DNA of 18,874 nucleotides from a virus: UHGV virus genome UHGV-0311022; one strand, 5' to 3'. Shown piece by piece: positions 15,370 to 18,874 of this stretch (position 1 is its first letter; each line of letters starts with the position of its first letter). The notes under the pieces were generated by a model. It saw only the letters and a program-made list of their open reading frames with translations, ran no database searches and was not told where the DNA came from. The position numbers and the translations under genes were made by a program.

Positions 15370-16644
15370 TCAGCGTAATCTGCCTATGCGAACAGCCAGT
15401 CGTCCATTCTGATCATAAACCTCAATTTTATCATTGCGGATCACCAGTCCTACATTCTGATTAGAGTAACGAATTGTCAGTTGCCCTTGTGACGTAACAC
15501 TGAAAAGGCCTCCAATATTCAGGTTACCCTGAGAATCAACCTGAAAGTTTCCGTTCTGAATAACGGCACTCCGGATAACTGGCGAAGTGATACTTACCCC
15601 GGCTTTTACCTCATCCGCCACAACCTTCCGCGACACCAGTGTTTCAATCACCGCGTCATAAATCATCGCTTTCGGGATCACTACCTTGCCACCTGATACC
15701 GCAAACGGATAGGCGGTGTTATCCGAATTATTCGGGTCAAAGACAAACAGCTGTGACGCAGAAATTGCAACCTGACTTACAGGCCTGCCTTCACTGTCTT
15801 TTCCGGCGACAATCCCGATCCCCGCAGTGATGCCATCAACTCCCGCTTTTTTTGACCACATCGCAAGGAAGGCCTCACCGCCTTCTTTATCCAGTTTAGT
15901 GATGCGCTTGTCGACCTCATTAAGCGATTCACTGGTTGACGAATCCAGTGTGGTTATGCGGGTTTCAATACCACCAATCGTTCTTGTCGTTTCCTCCCTG
16001 AGAGCCCCCACAACTTCGGTTGTCTTAATTGCCGCATCCTTTACAGCCTGCCCCTGCGCGTTTTTTATTTCCTTGCGAAGCTCTTCTATGACGGGAGACT
16101 TCGCCGCCTCTTCTTTTATCTGGTCAATCACCGCCTGAACTGATATCTGTGTCTGTGCTGCCACGCCTGCCACTGCGTGCCACGGCCCCTTCACTCCCGC
16201 TGCATTGACAAAGCGTATCCAGTAAAATCCCGACCAGCCCGGGTCAACCGGATCACCATAAACCTGCCCCGGTGTCGTGGCAACCAGCACAGCATCTGAA
16301 AGGTCGTCCTTCGTTCCCCGCCAGATTTCTGTCAGTGAATGCCCCCGATAATTGGCCACATCCCATTCCAGAAGAACTGAACCAAATCCTCCGGTCGCCT
16401 TAAAATTCAGTGGTTTTGTGGGAAAATCAACAGCCATTAAGGTGCTGTCAATGTCAACTCCTGGATTCAGTGCATATGAGGTACCCGCACCACCCTGTGT
16501 ACGACGTCGGGCAAGTTTAAGGCCAACCAGCTCTTCACGGGTCACAAAAGCATGACGACCGTCGCCACGCTGCCCGGTGCCAATTTCCATATTTTCCACA
16601 ACAGCGGATAAATCCTTCCCCGCCCGCCACGGTTTTTTGCTCAT
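15370..16644 (-). CDS. Tail protein related to the FN3/DUF1983-type region of lambda-J-like host-specificity (central tail fibre) proteins (424 aa)
   Basis: FN3-like segment (…SVLLEWDVANYRGHSLTEIWRG…YWIRFVNAAGVKGPW). The segment AMWSKKAGVDGITAGIGIVAG…SQVAISASQLFVFDPNNSDN parallels lambda J AMWAVKIEQ…VAGIGLS…[20 protein letters not shown] (from memory). Start overlaps the stop of the 541-aa gene (ATGA). Confidence 0.7.
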   Translation of the reverse strand: MSKKPWRAGKDLSAVVENMEIGTGQRGDGRHAFVTREELVGLKLARRRTQGGAGTSYALNPGVDIDSTLMAVDFPTKPLNFKATGGFGSVLLEWDVANYRGHSLTEIWRGTKDDLSDAVLVATTPGQVYGDPVDPGWSGFYWIRFVNAAGVKGPWHAVAGVAAQTQISVQAVIDQIKEEAAKSPVIEELRKEIKNAQGQAVKDAAIKTTEVVGALREETTRTIGGIETRITTLDSSTSESLNEVDKRITKLDKEGGEAFLAMWSKKAGVDGITAGIGIVAGKDSEGRPVSQVAISASQLFVFDPNNSDNTAYPFAVSGGKVVIPKAMIYDAVIETLVSRKVVADEVKAGVSITSPVIRSAVIQNGNFQVDSQGNLNIGGLFSVTSQGQLTIRYSNQNVGLVIRNDKIEVYDQNGRLAVRIGRLR

Positions 16645-18266
16645 ATCGGTAACTCCGACATCGATGTACTCAGGGTTATTCGTTCCACCTGCCCAAATCC
16701 GGATACCATCACCTGCCAGTTTTGCCCGGTTGCTGCCGGAAGTCTCACCACACTTCCCTTAAACGTACCCGGCGCAAAATGAATAACAGGAACATCATCA
16801 GCCATAACGGTGATCCCCACCCGCTCAGGTGCTGGAGATTTCACCCTGATACAGGAAAAAGAGGTTCTTTCAGGCAATGAAAAAATTTTTGAATGCCACC
16901 TTATCGTGGACGGCAGAGAGCCCCCGGCAAGCACTGACATTTTGTCTCCTGTCACCACGCGCATCATATCTTTTGCGAGATCAACCCATGCGCAGTCAAA
17001 CGGTGTACTGAGATAGCGGATATCCATGTTCACCGGGCTGAAGACAAACACATCCTGCTTACCATCAGGTTTCGTGTAACAGGCAATGTACTCACCACGC
17101 CATGAGTAAGCCACAATGGACGACGGATTAAACTGACTCTGCCACTGTTCTGGTGAAATGATTTTTTCCGTTACCACGGCTGTACTGCCGCCTGCATCAA
17201 CCGATACCAGGCCATTTGTTCCTGCATACAGCACGAATCCCTCCATCGCCACCATACTTCTTCGGCTCAGGCATGCCTGCATGGAAGGGATTTTGGAACC
17301 AGAAATTGTGGACGGTGATACCCCACTGAACAAATAAGGCTCCCCCTTTGTCGCCACCACCAGTGACGTTCCCAGCGGACAGATAGCTACAATATCTTCT
17401 GCCGTCGTGTGACGATTCACTTCCGGCCATGCATACGGCAGATACGCTTCCGAAAACATCACTTCATTACCGGCAAACCCGGCGGCAATACCGTTAGCCA
17501 TCAGGCAAAGGCCTGTCATATTCTCTGGCGGCGGCAGGTAATCCCATGTCGCCAGGGAAGGCCCAAGGTTTTTCGCCGGTATTTTGTCCGTGTAACTGAG
17601 CACGGATGCATCCAGTTCAGCCACAAGTAAAAAATCCGCCTCCCCTCCACCTGATGCAGAGCGATAAATCCGGCGACGTTTAATACTGGCATTCTGCAAT
17701 GGCACCGGAGCCAGCGTCAGTTGTACCGCAGTTCCCGGAGTACGGAGTGTTACCTCCAGAGACGCCGGACCTGGCGGACCTTCTTCACCATAATCTGAGA
17801 CAAAGGTTTCCGTATAAAACCGGGTTTCATCATCATTCGGGTTATCGTCAGAAACATCACCGCCCTGCTGAACAGTACAGACAGGAGCTGTCGTCGGCGC
17901 GGGGATCCCAAGACGATACGATGATGTCGGGTGATTCCCGTCCCCTTTTGTGGCAATGGTCGCATCCGTCACTTTAGGAAAACGTCCGTCAGTGTAGTAA
18001 ATACGCCCGTGGGGGTCCTGAGCGATCGGACTGCGGATCACATCCACCACATCCGGCCATGCAAACCAAAAATCGTCACGGTAATGAAAAATTGTTTTTG
18101 GCTTAATTGTGAATGTTTTCTCAACCTCTGACATCTCGTGTTCAGGCGTGATCACGCCATAGCGAAAATGACAGTTTTCTGCCAGTACAGCAGAATTATC
18201 AGGAAGCATAGATGCAATAACGCCTGGCATCATCCCGCGCATAGTGGTTATATCGATATAAGGCAT
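16641..18266 (-). CDS. Tail-associated structural protein, function unassigned (541 aa)
   Basis: Long ORF translationally coupled to the J-like gene downstream. ATG at 18266 without a clear SD (internal ATGs at codons 9, 12 and 13 are alternatives). No motif recognised. Confidence 0.75.
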   Translation of the reverse strand: MPYIDITTMRGMMPGVIASMLPDNSAVLAENCHFRYGVITPEHEMSEVEKTFTIKPKTIFHYRDDFWFAWPDVVDVIRSPIAQDPHGRIYYTDGRFPKVTDATIATKGDGNHPTSSYRLGIPAPTTAPVCTVQQGGDVSDDNPNDDETRFYTETFVSDYGEEGPPGPASLEVTLRTPGTAVQLTLAPVPLQNASIKRRRIYRSASGGGEADFLLVAELDASVLSYTDKIPAKNLGPSLATWDYLPPPENMTGLCLMANGIAAGFAGNEVMFSEAYLPYAWPEVNRHTTAEDIVAICPLGTSLVVATKGEPYLFSGVSPSTISGSKIPSMQACLSRRSMVAMEGFVLYAGTNGLVSVDAGGSTAVVTEKIISPEQWQSQFNPSSIVAYSWRGEYIACYTKPDGKQDVFVFSPVNMDIRYLSTPFDCAWVDLAKDMMRVVTGDKMSVLAGGSLPSTIRWHSKIFSLPERTSFSCIRVKSPAPERVGITVMADDVPVIHFAPGTFKGSVVRLPAATGQNWQVMVSGFGQVERITLSTSMSELPI

Positions 18267-18312
18267 GGTTATCTGGTATCCGAAAATTTGAATGGCAGAC
18301 GAGGTGGAATAA

Positions 18313-18341
18313 TTAATCCCGGCACAATTTCACGACGTCAA
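18313..18341 (-). promoter_or_regulatory. Candidate sigma70-type promoter upstream of the 541-aa gene
   Basis: Minus-strand reading: TTGACG (18341-18336), 17-bp spacer, GATTAA (18318-18313). The -10 is a weak match. Lambdoid late genes may instead rely on readthrough from upstream. Confidence 0.2.
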
Positions 18342-18366
18342 CCCGTACAGGAGTCGCTCTTACCGC

Positions 18367-18475
18367 CCGTCCACATGCAGGGAATTCGCAATGTCCGGCG
18401 AAAATGGCATCGTAAATGAAGCATGTAATCGCGCACGGGAAAAATATGGATTTCCAAAAATCTGAATATTCTCCG
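18367..18475. repeat. Inverted repeat X (109 bp); partner X' at 18609-18717
   Basis: rc(18367-18475) matches 18609-18717 with a single mismatch (checked base by base). Confidence 0.9.
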
Positions 18476-18608
18476 ATAAAAAAAAACGGGACCACGGCCA
18501 GTCCCGATGTAATGAGTTTTAGGGTATTAGTTTGTTATCATAGTTAGCGTGCTAAGTATGCCATATCAGGCTGATTAGTGAAGTGATGTTGTTCGCATTT
18601 TTGCACGG
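18476..18608. repeat. Segment Y (133 bp); diverged inverted copy Y' at 18735-18866
   Basis: rc(Y) aligns to 18735-18866 with about 8 mismatches and a shorter T-run. Overall order is X-Y-X'-spacer-Y', the same interleaved topology as at 5502-5825. Confidence 0.85.
18478..18506 (-). terminator. Intrinsic terminator inside Y (terminates leftward transcription)
   Basis: Minus-strand reading: CGGGAC-TGGCCGTG-GTCCCG hairpin (6 bp stem) followed by 9 T. Confidence 0.65.
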
Positions 18609-18717
18609 CGGAGAATATTCAGATTTTTGGAAATCCATATTTTTCCCGTGCGCGATTACATGCTTCATTTACGATGCTATTTTCGCCGGACATTGCGAAT
18701 TCCCTGCATGTGGACGG
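18609..18717. repeat. Inverted repeat X' (109 bp), partner of X
   Basis: See X. Immediately follows segment Y and is followed by a 17-bp spacer (18718-18734). Confidence 0.9.
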
Positions 18718-18734
18718 TTTTTGTAAACAGAGCA

Positions 18735-18866
18735 GCCGTGCAAAAATGCGAACAACATCACTTCACTAATCAACCTGACATGGCATACTTAGCACGCTAA
18801 CTATGATAACAAACTAATACCCTAAAACTCATGGTTCCGGGACTGGTCGTGGTCCCGTTTTTTTAT
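18735..18866. repeat. Segment Y' (inverted, diverged copy of Y)
   Basis: See Y. The window ends 8 bp after this copy. Confidence 0.85.
18838..18864 (+). terminator. Intrinsic terminator inside Y' (terminates rightward transcription)
   Basis: Plus-strand reading: CGGGAC-TGGTCGTG-GTCCCG hairpin followed by 7 T. Confidence 0.65.
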
Positions 18867-18874
18867 TCAGCCAG

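Larger units (their letters stand above)
1..18874. mobile_element. Lambdoid-type prophage/phage segment: distal part of the late (tail) operon with inserted accessory genes, converging on the end of an oppositely transcribed accessory/early operon
   Basis: Gene order on the minus strand is J-like tail gene -> lom-like gene -> further genes, as in lambda (J then lom). Genes are tightly packed with ATGA/GTGA start-stop overlaps. A DUF551-type gene lies on the opposite strand at the left end. Exact phage family not determined; no search was run. Confidence 0.6.

Noticed and set aside
18507-18608. tRNA gene or phage attachment site at the right end
   Set aside because: No cloverleaf-compatible segment with a TTCGAATCC-like T-arm or CCA end was found. 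The repeats are inverted, not the short direct repeats expected at an att site.
18735-18866. A sigma70 promoter inside Y/Y' (TATGAT at about 18802-18807) driving a tiny RNA
   Set aside because: A good -10 hexamer exists but no acceptable -35 at 16-18 bp spacing was found; too speculative to list as a feature.
1-18874. CRISPR array or rRNA
   Set aside because: No regularly spaced short direct repeats and no rRNA-like conserved segments were seen anywhere in the window.

Overview
This window reads as part of a lambdoid-type prophage or phage genome with enterobacterial-looking codon usage. All calls below come from reading the sequence and the supplied ORF track by eye; no homology search, HMM scan or GC computation was run. 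The minus strand carries one long co-directional gene string (high to low coordinate): two tail-associated genes (541 aa; 424 aa with a lambda-J-like region), an AT-rich two-gene insert (92 + 208 aa), a Lom/Ail-family outer-membrane protein gene with its own RBS and intrinsic terminator, an unlisted 46-codon Hok/Gef-like type I toxin ORF, a 133-aa gene, four mid-sized genes (218/150/83/421 aa), and two giant ORFs (1409 and 1340 aa) that each carry a zincin-type HExxH motif. The plus strand at the left end carries the 3' end of a converging operon (partial ORF, 61-aa ORF, 254-aa DUF551-type protein), plus a truncated Panacea/DUF4065-like gene on the minus strand. The most striking observation is that the two giant ORFs look like a single gene of about 2780 codons interrupted by a 324-bp structure of two interleaved, 100%-identical inverted repeats (5502-5825). 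A second structure with the same interleaved topology (18367-18866) lies at the right end and carries two divergent intrinsic terminators. No rRNA, tRNA or CRISPR array was seen.
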